Shown: positions 29,702 through 39,987, counted from the first letter of the stretch. The stretch is 64,000 bases of DNA from Candidatus Eiseniibacteriota bacterium (GCA_963762255.1 CAVXKA010000002.1:1184001-1248000); one strand, 5' to 3'. Notes: a model not told the origin generated them from the sequence alone. Program-made: numbers and translations.

Positions 29702-30970
29702 CTACTTCGCTTCCGGGGTGGAGCCCCCGGAGTCGGCCGGCGCCGTTGAATCGGCCGGCGCGGCTGAGCGAGCCGGTGCAGTCGGACCGGCCACAGAAGC
29801 CGGGGATGCCGCGTTCGATCCGGCGGGGACTCCCTTGGCCGGCACACCCGCACGCACGCTCTGGAGCCCGTCGACGATCAGACGGTCGCCCTCGGAGAGG
29901 CCCTTCTCGACCAACCACTTGTTGCCCATCGCGCGACCGAGTTCAAGCCGGCGCTCCTGGACCGTGCCGTCGGGGCCGAGCACGAGGGCGACCGCGTTGC
30001 CACGCGGGTCGCGCGAAACGCCTTGCTGGGGAGCAAGGATCGCGTTCTCGTCGACGCCCTCCGTGACGATGGCGCGCACGAACATGCCGGGAAGCAGGAC
30101 ATGTTCGGGATTCGGAAAGACCAGGCGCAGGGTCACCGACCCGGTCGAAGGCTCGACCGTGACGTCCTGGAATTTGAGCGTTCCTTCGTGGGCATAGGGC
30201 GTGCCGTCCTCGAGCACGAGCTGCACGCGGCTTGCGGATTCGCCTTCCTGGGTCAGGGCGCCGCTCGACAGCGCGCGACGCAAGCGCAGCAGTTCGGACG
30301 AAGATTGCTGGACATCGACGTACATCGGGTCGAGTTGCTGGATGGTGACGAGCGGCACCGGTTGGTAGGCGGTGACCAGCGCGCCGACGGTCACGCTCGA
30401 TCGGCCGGTGCGCCCGGAGATCGGCGCCTTGATCGGAGTCCAGGCGAGGTTGATGCGGGCACTCTCGAGCGCCGCCCGGCTCGCCGCAACGCTTGCCTCG
30501 GCCCGCAGGGACGCAGCCTCGGCGTCTTCGACGTCCTGATCACCGACGGCATGGATCGCCACCAATCCGCGCAGCCGCTCGGCACGCGCCTGTGCGGACG
30601 GAAGGCCGGCCTCCGCCATCGCCAGCGCCGCCTCGGCTTGGTCGACCGCGGCGCGGTAGGGCGCCGGATCGATCTCGTAGAGCAACTCCCCGGCGCGCAC
30701 GTCGGCGCCCTCCTCGAAGCGGCGCTGCTGTAGGAGGCCGCTCACCTGCGGCCGAACCTCCGCAACCATGTACGGCGCGGTGCGACCGGGCAGTTCGGTG
30801 GTCAGCACCACGCGCTCGGGAACGAGCGTCACGGTGCCCACCTCGGGAGGGCCGGGCGGCGGCCCGGCATCCGGTTTGCCGCAGCCAGCCACGAGCATCG
30901 CCCCGAGAAGCGCGAAGCCGATCGAGAGTTTCCTGAGGATCGTCTGAAGGCCGTGCATGTCGCTCTCCAT
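29702..30970 (-). CDS. acrA: RND membrane fusion (periplasmic adaptor) lipoprotein
   Basis: VAGC lipobox; ELPGRT, EVRPQVSG, APISGR, LLPGMFV. Confidence 0.93.
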   Translation of the reverse strand: MESDMHGLQTILRKLSIGFALLGAMLVAGCGKPDAGPPPGPPEVGTVTLVPERVVLTTELPGRTAPYMVAEVRPQVSGLLQQRRFEEGADVRAGELLYEIDPAPYRAAVDQAEAALAMAEAGLPSAQARAERLRGLVAIHAVGDQDVEDAEAASLRAEASVAASRAALESARINLAWTPIKAPISGRTGRSSVTVGALVTAYQPVPLVTIQQLDPMYVDVQQSSSELLRLRRALSSGALTQEGESASRVQLVLEDGTPYAHEGTLKFQDVTVEPSTGSVTLRLVFPNPEHVLLPGMFVRAIVTEGVDENAILAPQQGVSRDPRGNAVALVLGPDGTVQERRLELGRAMGNKWLVEKGLSEGDRLIVDGLQSVRAGVPAKGVPAGSNAASPASVAGPTAPARSAAPADSTAPADSGGSTPEAK

Positions 30971-30976
30971 AGGTAT

Positions 30977-31651
30977 TCAGTTTCCGCTTCGATTCCGCTT
31001 TCGGACGGGCTGCCGCGTAGCGCCGAGACGCGGGACGGTTCGGGCGCGACTCGCGGTGATCCCCGAGAGGATCACCCCCACCGCCCCACCGAGCACCTCC
31101 TCCGACCCGCCACTATCCGAATCGAACTGGTTGGGGCGGGAGGCGATGTCGACCGCGCCCGCGAGCGCCACCGCCACGTGACGCGGCGTGCAGGGGCGGA
31201 ACTCGCCGCTCGCCACCCCCTCTTCGACCAGCCGCTCGAAGGACCGGATTCTCTCGAGCGTCAGCGCCCTGAAGTCGAACCGCGATGCCGCCCTCGATCG
31301 CCCCGATACGTACTGGAGGACCGCCCAGGCGAAGCCGGCGAGTTCGCGCCGCAAACCGATATGAGTCAGGCCCACCCGCAGGATGCGCGCGGCGGCAGAT
31401 CCGCCGACGACGAGCGCCTCCTCTTCGGCCACCGCGATCCGCGTGCGGGTCGCGTGAAAGACGGCGAGAAACAGCCCCTCCTTGTTCCCGAAGTGGTGGT
31501 ACAGGGAGGGTGCCGTGACCCCGGCAGCGCTCATGATGTCGCGCACCGAGGTCGCCGCGTAGCCCTTGGAGGCGAAAAGACGCATCGCGGCTTCGAGCAG
31601 CCGCTCGCGGCCGCCCGCGGCTGTAATCGCCTCTGCGCGTCGAGGTGTCAT
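30977..31651 (-). CDS. TetR/AcrR family transcriptional regulator
   Basis: C-terminal part of the 884-aa track ORF; start ATG 31651; RLLEAAMRLFASKGYAATSVRDI...SLYHHFGNKEGLF HTH. Confidence 0.9.
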   Translation of the reverse strand: MTPRRAEAITAAGGRERLLEAAMRLFASKGYAATSVRDIMSAAGVTAPSLYHHFGNKEGLFLAVFHATRTRIAVAEEEALVVGGSAAARILRVGLTHIGLRRELAGFAWAVLQYVSGRSRAASRFDFRALTLERIRSFERLVEEGVASGEFRPCTPRHVAVALAGAVDIASRPNQFDSDSGGSEEVLGGAVGVILSGITASRARTVPRLGATRQPVRKRNRSGN

Positions 31652-31720
31652 CGATCCCTTCGCCTCTGCAGGTCGAGTGTCATCCGTTCGCTTGCCTCGG
31701 CGGGTCCGAGACAGGAGCGG

Positions 31721-31749
31721 ACTATAACGCTCGTTACACTCCGACGCAA
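31721..31749 (-). promoter_or_regulatory. sigma70 promoter of tetR-acrAB-oprM with overlapping inverted repeat (probable TetR operator)
   Basis: Minus strand TTGCGT-17bp-TATAGT; TAACG-CT-CGTTA inverted repeat at 31725-31736. Confidence 0.65.
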
Positions 31750-31834
31750 GCGGATTCGCGGCGCGGGGGCAGACCCCGCTTCCACGAAGGGTTATGATCC
31801 CCCGCACCCGCACGGCGGGGGGGAGGAGTGGATG

Positions 31835-33940
31835 ATGATGAGACCTGTCCGGATGTTCGAGGTGTGGTGGCTTCTTCTGGCGGGGACGCTGGCGGCTCGG
31901 GGCGCGGAGGCCCAACTCGAGCGCGACCGGCCGGACCCTCCCGGTGCACCGCCTCTGGTCACCTCCTTCTCCCGCCTGGACGCGGCCGGCTCCGCCGCCG
32001 ATCACCCCGGTGCCGACTGGCTCATCGTCCTCGACGCCTCCGTGAACCGCATCACCGCCGACGGCGTCGCCTACGTCGATCTCTACCAGCTCACCAAGAT
32101 CCTCACCGAAGAGGGCGCGCGCGCGCGCTCCGCGCTCGAGTGGGGCTACGATCCCCGGAGCAGCTTCGTGGAGATCGCCGAGGTCAACGTGCTCCGCGAC
32201 GGCACCAAGATTCCGGTTCCCATAGCGGACGTCAAGGACCTCCCCGCCCCCCAGAGCGCCATCTATTGGAGCGACCGGATCAAGGTGCTCCAGCTCCCGC
32301 GGCTCAAGCCCGGGGACGGCGTCGAGGTCCTCTCCATGCGCAAGGGCTACAACTACGCCCTCCTGGGTGAGGCTGGAGCGGCGGGCGCCGGTGCGGAGGA
32401 TGCGCCGTCGCCTCGGTATGCGAGCGCCTGGGACCGCATCCGGACCGGGGAAGACGCTCGGTACATCCCCCCCATGGCCGGCGAGTATTTCGACATCGTG
32501 CTCATGCAGGCCGAAGTGCCCATCGTCGAGAAGAGCTACACCCTTGTACTCCCCGCGGCCAAGCGCCTCCAGAGCCGGGAGTACAACGGTCCCATCTATA
32601 CGCGCACCTCCTACGGTCCCGACAGCACGACCACGACATGGTGGGTGGAGGACATGCCCGCCCGCCCGGTGGAGCCGCGCCAACCCGACGAACCCGACCT
32701 CTCGCCCAAGGTGGTCATGACCACCGCGCCCGATTGGGAGGCGAAGTCGAAGTGGTTTTTCGACGTGAACCGCAATCAATTCGAGGTCACCGACGAGATC
32801 CGCGCTCATGTGGACCGCGTGCTGGCCTCGGCGGGGCTCACCCGGAAGAGCGATCCGATGAAGGTTGCCAAGACGCTCAATCACTGGGTGGCCCAGAACA
32901 TCCGCTACAGCGGGCAGACCATGGGCGAGGGCGAGGGCTTCACACTCCATCCCTCCGACGTGCTCATGGAGTACCGAAGCGGCGTGTGCAAGGACATCGC
33001 CTCCATGAGCATCACGCTCCTGCGAGCGGCGGGGCTCGACACCTATCCGGCGATGACCATGGCCGGCAGCCGGATCGAGGACATCCCGGCCGACCAGTTC
33101 AACCACTGCGTGGTGGCCTGGGAGCGCTCGCCGGGCGACTTCGTGATGATCGACCCCACCTGGGTCCCCTTCAACAACGACATCTGGTCGAAGCTCGAGA
33201 CCGAGCAGCAATACTTGATCGGTCATCCGAACGGAGTGGACCTTCAGGAAATCCGCTATAGCCCGCCCGAGGAGTCCCCGATGACGGTGACCCACGAGGC
33301 GGAGCTCCGCGCGGACGGAACGCTCTCGGGGCGGATCCGCATCGAGGGACGCGGGGCTTCCGACAGTCGGCTGCGCCGCGTCCTGTACCAACATCGCAAG
33401 CGCGAACTCCAAGCCACGGTAGCGGCCATGCTGGCCCCGCTCAGCCCTGCGGTGCGGCTCATCCGGGTGGATCACCGCCGCGTGGACGACTTCACCGGGG
33501 ACATGTGGCTGGAAGCGGTCTACGAGGCCCCGGGCTTCGCGTTGCCGGTAGGCGACGCCCTCGAGTTCAAGGCTCCCGCCGCCGGCGCGTTCAAGGATCA
33601 TCCCCTCATCTTCCGTGTGGGCTCGGCGCACTGGGAGACGGAGCGGAAGACCGATGTGTTCCTCTACTACACGCAGCGTCTCGAGGTGGACGAGCGGCTC
33701 CGGCTCCCCGCGGGCTACCGGCTCGAGGATCCTCCGGATTCGGTGAAGGTGGACGGCACGTGGGCGTCATTCGAAGGTGACGTAGAGGACGATCCGCGCG
33801 CGATCCGGCTTCACGCGAGGGCGGACGTCAAGCGTCGCCAGATCCCACCCGACGGCTATCCGGATCTTCTCAAGGCGTTGAAGGCCCTGGACGACTACGC
33901 GGATACGCCGCTTCGCGCGGTGAAGGGAGGTGCGCGATGA
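31835..33940 (+). CDS. Exported DUF3857 + transglutaminase-like protein (intact Cys-His-Asp)
   Basis: RBS GAGGAG and signal peptide; NIRY, GVCKD, FNHC, IDPT. The first ~290 aa of the track ORF are antisense to tetR. Confidence 0.87.
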   Translation: MMRPVRMFEVWWLLLAGTLAARGAEAQLERDRPDPPGAPPLVTSFSRLDAAGSAADHPGADWLIVLDASVNRITADGVAYVDLYQLTKILTEEGARARSALEWGYDPRSSFVEIAEVNVLRDGTKIPVPIADVKDLPAPQSAIYWSDRIKVLQLPRLKPGDGVEVLSMRKGYNYALLGEAGAAGAGAEDAPSPRYASAWDRIRTGEDARYIPPMAGEYFDIVLMQAEVPIVEKSYTLVLPAAKRLQSREYNGPIYTRTSYGPDSTTTTWWVEDMPARPVEPRQPDEPDLSPKVVMTTAPDWEAKSKWFFDVNRNQFEVTDEIRAHVDRVLASAGLTRKSDPMKVAKTLNHWVAQNIRYSGQTMGEGEGFTLHPSDVLMEYRSGVCKDIASMSITLLRAAGLDTYPAMTMAGSRIEDIPADQFNHCVVAWERSPGDFVMIDPTWVPFNNDIWSKLETEQQYLIGHPNGVDLQEIRYSPPEESPMTVTHEAELRADGTLSGRIRIEGRGASDSRLRRVLYQHRKRELQATVAAMLAPLSPAVRLIRVDHRRVDDFTGDMWLEAVYEAPGFALPVGDALEFKAPAAGAFKDHPLIFRVGSAHWETERKTDVFLYYTQRLEVDERLRLPAGYRLEDPPDSVKVDGTWASFEGDVEDDPRAIRLHARADVKRRQIPPDGYPDLLKALKALDDYADTPLRAVKGGAR

Positions 33941-35874
33941 TCCGCCTCATCCTCGGCACCTGCGGCGTTCGCGTTCTCGGGGCCGCGTTCCTCCTGGTCT
34001 CTCTCGCGATCCCCCGCAGCGTCTCGGCTGCGGCCATGAGCTACGACGGTTCGATCGACGTGACGGCGGCCATGGAAGAGGCCGGACGGGTCTGGGATCT
34101 GAGCGGCGAGGACGCCGTGTTCCTGCTCGAAAGCGCGCGCTTCACCTGGTCGACGGACGGTCGGCTCCGCGAGGAGCGCCATCGCCTGCTCTGGATCTCC
34201 ACCGACTGGGCCCAGGAGACCTACGCCGATTTCCGCCTGCCGTGGGATTCCGATCGGCAGACGCTGAACGTGAAAGCTCTGCGCGTGCTGCGCGACGGCC
34301 GGTGGATCGAGGCGCGCCCCACCGCGATCGTCGATACGACACCCTTTGCGCTTCGCAATGCGCCCGACTACTCCGCCATCCGCGAGACCATGTTGCTGTA
34401 CGACGGCGTCGAGCTCCCCTGCGTGCTCGAATGCGCCTACGTCATCGAGGACAAGGCCCCCTTCCGGGCGGGCTTCGAAGGCCTCTGGACCTTCCGCCAC
34501 GCGGATCCCGCGCTGGAATCGCGGCTCATCCTGGAGGCCCCCGCCGAGGCGTCGGTACGCGCCACACCGGCAGGCGGGGCTCCTGAGGGAGAACGCACGC
34601 GCTCCGAGGGTAGCGTCTTGACCTATGTCATGAGGCGAACGGAGGCCGCGCCAAGCCCGGCCGGCGAAGATCCCGCGGCCGACCTCCCGCGCGTGACCTG
34701 GTCCACGTTTGATTCATGGGGCGATATGGGACGGTCGTTGACCGCGGCATTCGATGAGAGGCTTCTATTGGACGGAGCGCTTCGTGACTCCCTGGCCGCG
34801 CTGCTCGACGGCGCGCCGAGCGAACTCGAGCGCGCGCATCGCATCGCCGCGTTTGTGCACGACCGGGCGCGCCGAGTCGCCTACGAGCCGGCTTACCTCT
34901 CCGCGCTGGCTCGTCCGGCACCGCGCGTGTTCGATACCGGCTACGGCGGTGACGTCGATCTCGTGATCCTGGCCGGCGCGTTGTACCGCGAAGCGGGGTT
35001 CACGGTGGAGCCCGCATTCGTCGGTCGCGGGCACGGACCCATCGACGAGGGCTCGCCGACGCTCGCCCGTCTGGGCGCGCCGGGGCTCTGGATCGCGCGG
35101 CAGGTTCCCGGAGAGGCGCTCGAGGCCTACTGGGATCCCGCGACCGGGCATCTGGTTCATGAAGGGATCGGCTTCGCCAGGCGTGCGCTCTGGCGCGCAG
35201 GCACCGAGGACGCGCCCTCGGTGAGGGACGTGGCCTCGGGTGTCGGCTCCTGGTCGACCACGCACCTCGACCTGCGTTGGAACGCGGAGAAGAAGGCATG
35301 GTCGGGCAGCGCCTGGTTCGAGGCGCGCGGTGGCGCCAATCCCTATGATGAAGTTGCGCTCGGAGGCGGTGCGACGGAAGCGTCCCTGGTCGAGACGCTG
35401 GGCGAGGTTCTCGAAGGTCTCGAGGTCGCTTCGTTCGATCCGGTGTGGATCGGGCCCGAGCGTTTCGCGGTTCGTGCCGAGGTGACGAGCGGCGAGGTGA
35501 AGCGCGATGCGCAGGGGCGCGTGGCATTGGTGCTCGGAGCCTCCGCCGGAGGGATCGGCGGCTCGCTCCCTCACGACGTGGTCCTCAACGAGGACCGACG
35601 CTCGACGCCCGTCCGCGGAGTCTCCGGCGAGCACACGGTCCGTGTGCGGCTCGACCTCGGCGATCTCGAGATCGTTCAACTCCCCGAGCCGATCAAGATC
35701 GAGAGCGAGGCCGGCGCATACCGGCTCGACGTGAAGCGGGGCGAGAGGGACGTGGTCTACACCGCGACCGTTCGTGTGAATCCGGGGGAAGTGCCGGCTG
35801 CGGCGTGGCCCGCGCTTCGAGCCCTGCTCCTGGCCGAACGCGATCCGGCCCGGCGGACGGTCCTGCTGCGGTAG
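33937..35874 (+). CDS. Exported DUF3857 protein with degenerate transglutaminase-like domain
   Basis: ATGA-coupled; DAVFLL, ALRNAPDY..IRE; GYGGDVD replaces the catalytic GxCxD. Confidence 0.78.
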   Translation: MIRLILGTCGVRVLGAAFLLVSLAIPRSVSAAAMSYDGSIDVTAAMEEAGRVWDLSGEDAVFLLESARFTWSTDGRLREERHRLLWISTDWAQETYADFRLPWDSDRQTLNVKALRVLRDGRWIEARPTAIVDTTPFALRNAPDYSAIRETMLLYDGVELPCVLECAYVIEDKAPFRAGFEGLWTFRHADPALESRLILEAPAEASVRATPAGGAPEGERTRSEGSVLTYVMRRTEAAPSPAGEDPAADLPRVTWSTFDSWGDMGRSLTAAFDERLLLDGALRDSLAALLDGAPSELERAHRIAAFVHDRARRVAYEPAYLSALARPAPRVFDTGYGGDVDLVILAGALYREAGFTVEPAFVGRGHGPIDEGSPTLARLGAPGLWIARQVPGEALEAYWDPATGHLVHEGIGFARRALWRAGTEDAPSVRDVASGVGSWSTTHLDLRWNAEKKAWSGSAWFEARGGANPYDEVALGGGATEASLVETLGEVLEGLEVASFDPVWIGPERFAVRAEVTSGEVKRDAQGRVALVLGASAGGIGGSLPHDVVLNEDRRSTPVRGVSGEHTVRVRLDLGDLEIVQLPEPIKIESEAGAYRLDVKRGERDVVYTATVRVNPGEVPAAAWPALRALLLAERDPARRTVLLR

Positions 35875-36046
35875 TCGGGAGACCGGGGGTCAACCATGTA
35901 GAGCCTCAATAGACAGGACGATGCGGTTGACAACTCAGTAGCCTCCGCATCAGGCTCGGGAGAGGTTCACACCGTCTTGGCGCCGAACGGCATCAAGCGC
36001 CTTGTGACCAAGGCCCTTTCCGCACCGCCTAGGCAGAGGTGACAAT

Positions 36047-36746
36047 TTGGCGTCAGGCCTGCAGAAACCAGGCACGCCCGCGGCGCTCGGCATGGCCGTG
36101 GCGGGTCTTCTCATCGTGGCGGCCACGGGCGGATTGCTGTTGAACTTCGCCGACAGCCACGGCGTACTCCATGAGAGATCACACCTGAAGGCTCGTACCG
36201 CAGCCATCGCCGACTCGCTCGAACGTCGAATCCATCAAGTCGTTGACCGGACACTCCGCGGACGAAGGCGCCCCGAGTTTCCTTGAGCTCGTGGCACAAT
36301 TGCGTAATTATCGAAAGGCTCACAGTGACGTCCGATTCATCTACTTGATGGGGCTGAAGGACGACGAGGTGATCTTCCTCTTGGATTCGACCAACCCCGC
36401 TTCGACCGACTACTCGCCGCCGGGAGAAGTGTATCCAGATGCCACGCCGGAATTGGTCCGTTCATTCTCCACCGGAGAACCGTTTGTCGAAGGTCCCGTC
36501 ACCGACCGGTGGGGCACATGGGTCTCCGGGCTGGCGCCAATCAACGACCCCTCAGACCATCACGTCATCGCCGTCCTCGGCTTGGACATCAACGCAACCC
36601 GTTGGCGTATCGCCCTCGGGATCTATCGCGCAATTGCGTATTTCCTGACCGGGTTGCTCGCTTGGATTGTTGTCGTCTTCTCCAGGCGCCTTCACAGGCG
36701 CCTTCACGAGCGCATCCCGAGGGGCCGTCAAGGAATGCTCGGCTAG
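36047..36746 (+). pseudogene. Two-TM periplasmic Cache-like sensor domain with no cytoplasmic output, one +1 frameshift near 36220
   Basis: Track ORFs 36047-36286 and 36243-36746 join as ...AIADSL/NVESIKSLTG...; motifs VRFIYLM, SPPGEVY.DA, GPVTDRWGTWVSG.API, VLGLDI. Confidence 0.65.
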
Positions 36747-36759
36747 CTCGGACGCGACT

Positions 36760-39700
36760 CTACCTCATCAGGGAGAGTCGGGTGGTCTGGACGACTTTGC
36801 CGGCAACCAGGCGGCAGAAGTACACCCCCGGCGCCACCCGCTGACCCGCGTCGTCTAACCCGCTCCATCTCACCACGTGCTGCGCCGCACCCATCATCCC
36901 GTCCTGCAGCGTCCGCACCTTCCGCCCCGCCACGTCGAAGACCATGATCGTCACCCGCTCCGGCTGGCTCAACTCGAACGCGATCGTCGTCGCCGGACTG
37001 AACGGGTTCGGATACGCCGCGATCAACCGCGTCACCCGAGGTGTCACTTCCGGCCCCGCGTCCGTCACCGTCGCCGGGCCAAGGGTGAGGGTCTCGAGAG
37101 CGTCGATCCCCGAGACGGTGACCGTGTTGCCGGACACGTCGACCGTCCCGCCGAGGTTCTCCTGGGCAATGCCCCCGCGGGTGATCGCGTACATCGCAAG
37201 CGCCACCTCGTCGATCCCGTTCAACTCCGACTCGTCGTAGTGGAATACCGCGGTGGCGCCGAGACCGGTGTTGACCGACGGGACAACGTCAAAGTACCGC
37301 TCCATCCCCTCCGACCCCGCCAACGGCTTCGCCGTACCCGTCACCCGCAGCACCGTGGTCGTCCCCGGAGCCGCTCCCGCCGCGGTCATCTCCAACCCCA
37401 ATCCTCCGAACGCCTCCGGCACCGACTGCCCCACCGTCCGCGTCGTCGTCGCCCTCCCCACGATCGTCGCCCCCGCCGACTCCACCAGAGTCGCGCTCGG
37501 ACCCAGCGTCACGGTGTAGGCCCCGGTCACCAGGTCGCTCCCGGTGAGGCTGCACGTCCCGTTCACCGTCACCCCCGCCCCCAGCGTCACCCCCAGCGTT
37601 CCCAATACCGTCAGGTCCCGCAGCACGCCGGACCCCAGCGGCAACTCCGGACCCGTCGTCACCGAGGCCACCGTGCTCGTGTACCGAACGTCCGCCACCC
37701 CCGCGAACGCCGGCGCCGTGCTTAGCGTCCCCGTCGCCCGGGTCACCGTCGCCCCGTCGGCCACGGTCAGCGCCGCGTCGGCGTCGCTGTTGTCGATCGC
37801 CCCGCTCGTCAGCCGCAACGACGTCCCCACCGTCAGCGTCCGCGCCGCATCCGACGTCACCACCAGGTTCGCGCTGTTGTTCACCTCCAGCTCACCGGCG
37901 ACGACCCGGTCGGCACCCAGCGTCCAGAGTTTTTGCGTGCCCGAGGAGTAGCTCAACTCCAGGTTGTGGTAGTCCATGTCCAACACAGTCTGATTGCCGC
38001 TGCTGCGGCTGTACCGGAACGTCCCTTCGTTCACCGACAGGCTCGGGTACACGGGCGCGGAGCTGTTGGCGTCGACGATGCCCCCCGCAAGCAGCGCGAT
38101 CTGGTTGGGCGTCGTCGCGTTGACGTACCAGATGTTGGTGTTGAGGGAATTGACGAGCGTGCCGCCGTCCTTGATGGTCACCGTCCCGGGATTGAAGCAG
38201 GCGGCCCCCATGTTCCCACCCGCGGCGCTGTAGGTAATTCTCAGCTCCCCACCGTCCTCGACGTCGATGTCGGTGAAGTTCGCGCGGTTCGTGGTCGCGC
38301 AGGCCAGACGGGCCTCGCCGTAGACGGTCATCTTCCCGATCTTGGACGTTTCCTCGCCGGTGAAGTTGCCGCGACGGATGTGGGAGGTCGATCCCAGCAT
38401 CGTGAAGAGACCGTTCGCCTGGACGACGATGGCCGGCGTGGTCGCGGTACCCGCGGGGTTGCGGCCCTCGATGTCGTCGCTCCGGCTCATCTCGAACGTG
38501 CCGTTCACGATCTCCAGGCTCGTCCCGATGCCGAGCTTGAGGTTGTCCTCGGCCCCGACCAGGGGATTGGTGGTGAATTTCCCCGCGGACTTGTCGATCA
38601 CGAGCTCCTGGAGCCGCAACGGATAGGGCGAGGTGCTGGTGGTGCCGAGGTTATTGATCGTCTGCACCTCGGCATCGCCCGTGAACACCATCTTCGCCCC
38701 CGCCTGCCACAGATTGCTTCCCGAGTAGAACGGGTTCACCGACGTGTCGTAGCGGTTGAAGTCGCCGTAGAGGTAGAGGTTGGCCTGCAGCCCCAGGCGA
38801 CCGGTGTCGTCGGCGAAGGAGAGATTGTGGCAGCGGCCCGCGGCGTTCACGATGACGGTGTGTCCACTGTCGATCACGACATTGTCCGTCGAATCGGGGA
38901 CGCTGCCGCCGGCCCAGGTTCCCGGATCGCTCCAGTTGCCGCCGCCCGCGGAGTGGATGGACGGCAGCGGCGGATCGATGGCGAAGCGGATCGTGTCGGC
39001 CAGGCTTCCGGCAAGGAGGGACTCGATCCTCATGAGACACGCATCGGAGGAGTCGGCTACCGTCCACTGGTAGGGCTCGGTCTGGTTGGAGGCGACCGGC
39101 ACCCAGGTCGCGCCGTTGTCGGGCGAGAACTCGATGTCCACGATCTCGTTTTCCGCCTCGGAGACCCAGTCGATGGTGCGGAGGCTGCCCGATTCCCAGT
39201 GCTCGTGCTCCCTCGGGTAGATGAGGGCCAGGAAGGGATCGTCGCGGTCGACCCACTCGACGGCGTTCGCCACCATGTACTCGTAGCCCGCCGTGATCTC
39301 CGGGTGGGGGCTGAACACGGCGACGCGGCCTTCACCGAAGACGCTGAAGGCGAAGGCCGTCGTCCCGATCATCACCCCTGTGGGGGCCCCGTTCTCGGCG
39401 ACCTCCGACTCGAAGACGCCGGCTTCGATGTAGCCGGGCAGGGTGTCCACGTAGGCCGGCGCCATGAGCGCGCCCTGTCGGTACTCGATGGCGACGGTGT
39501 CCTGCTCCAGCGCGAACAGATCACGGCCAAAGTTGTTGAACCGCACGTCGATGGTGGCATACCCACGGTCCCAGTGCGCCTTGTCGACCACCCGGGTGTT
39601 CAGGATGTGCAGGGACCAGGTGTAGTCACTCGACGCCAGGTAGGAGCCGGCGCAGATACCCAGGTATCCGCCCCCCCGGGAGATGAAAGCGCGGACGCTG

Positions 39701-39987
39701 TCCCGCCCGCTCTCCTGGAGCGACTCGGCCTGGCCCGAGCCGCTCCCGCCGGGGTGGAGGATGACATCGAAGTCCTGGAGGATGCCCGCGCGGATGTCGG
39801 CGCCCAGGACTTCGGTGACGTCGAAGCGGGTCGTGTCGGAAATGGCCGCAATCACGCTGTAGCGGGACGAGCCGGTGCCGTCGTCGGCGTAGACGGCGAC
39901 CTTGATCGGATCGGCCTGTGCCGCGGCGACCTGTAGAACCACAAGCGGCAACACCAGCAGGCTGATGCACCAGAGCACGCTTCTCAT
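36760..39987 (-). CDS. Exported paralogue A: class I glutamine amidotransferase-like (BPL-N) head + Ig + G8/beta-helix core + FlgD-Ig tail
   Basis: Signal peptide; VAVY.D.G, PGG, GYLGICAG (Cys nucleophile elbow), SPHPE (His-Glu); shared core beginning GNWSDPGTW; PNPF tail. Confidence 0.85.
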   Translation of the reverse strand: MRSVLWCISLLVLPLVVLQVAAAQADPIKVAVYADDGTGSSRYSVIAAISDTTRFDVTEVLGADIRAGILQDFDVILHPGGSGSGQAESLQESGRDSVRAFISRGGGYLGICAGSYLASSDYTWSLHILNTRVVDKAHWDRGYATIDVRFNNFGRDLFALEQDTVAIEYRQGALMAPAYVDTLPGYIEAGVFESEVAENGAPTGVMIGTTAFAFSVFGEGRVAVFSPHPEITAGYEYMVANAVEWVDRDDPFLALIYPREHEHWESGSLRTIDWVSEAENEIVDIEFSPDNGATWVPVASNQTEPYQWTVADSSDACLMRIESLLAGSLADTIRFAIDPPLPSIHSAGGGNWSDPGTWAGGSVPDSTDNVVIDSGHTVIVNAAGRCHNLSFADDTGRLGLQANLYLYGDFNRYDTSVNPFYSGSNLWQAGAKMVFTGDAEVQTINNLGTTSTSPYPLRLQELVIDKSAGKFTTNPLVGAEDNLKLGIGTSLEIVNGTFEMSRSDDIEGRNPAGTATTPAIVVQANGLFTMLGSTSHIRRGNFTGEETSKIGKMTVYGEARLACATTNRANFTDIDVEDGGELRITYSAAGGNMGAACFNPGTVTIKDGGTLVNSLNTNIWYVNATTPNQIALLAGGIVDANSSAPVYPSLSVNEGTFRYSRSSGNQTVLDMDYHNLELSYSSGTQKLWTLGADRVVAGELEVNNSANLVVTSDAARTLTVGTSLRLTSGAIDNSDADAALTVADGATVTRATGTLSTAPAFAGVADVRYTSTVASVTTGPELPLGSGVLRDLTVLGTLGVTLGAGVTVNGTCSLTGSDLVTGAYTVTLGPSATLVESAGATIVGRATTTRTVGQSVPEAFGGLGLEMTAAGAAPGTTTVLRVTGTAKPLAGSEGMERYFDVVPSVNTGLGATAVFHYDESELNGIDEVALAMYAITRGGIAQENLGGTVDVSGNTVTVSGIDALETLTLGPATVTDAGPEVTPRVTRLIAAYPNPFSPATTIAFELSQPERVTIMVFDVAGRKVRTLQDGMMGAAQHVVRWSGLDDAGQRVAPGVYFCRLVAGKVVQTTRLSLMR
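37066..37898. repeat. ~833-bp near-identical direct repeat, copy 1 (inside paralogue A)
   Basis: Matches 42984-43816 at offset 5918, with about six substitutions by eye. Confidence 0.92.

Noticed and set aside
30953-33940. Apparent 995-aa and 884-aa overlapping ORFs or fusions
   Set aside because: Each is a real gene (DUF3857-TGase; TetR) extended by stop-free antisense reading of the other.
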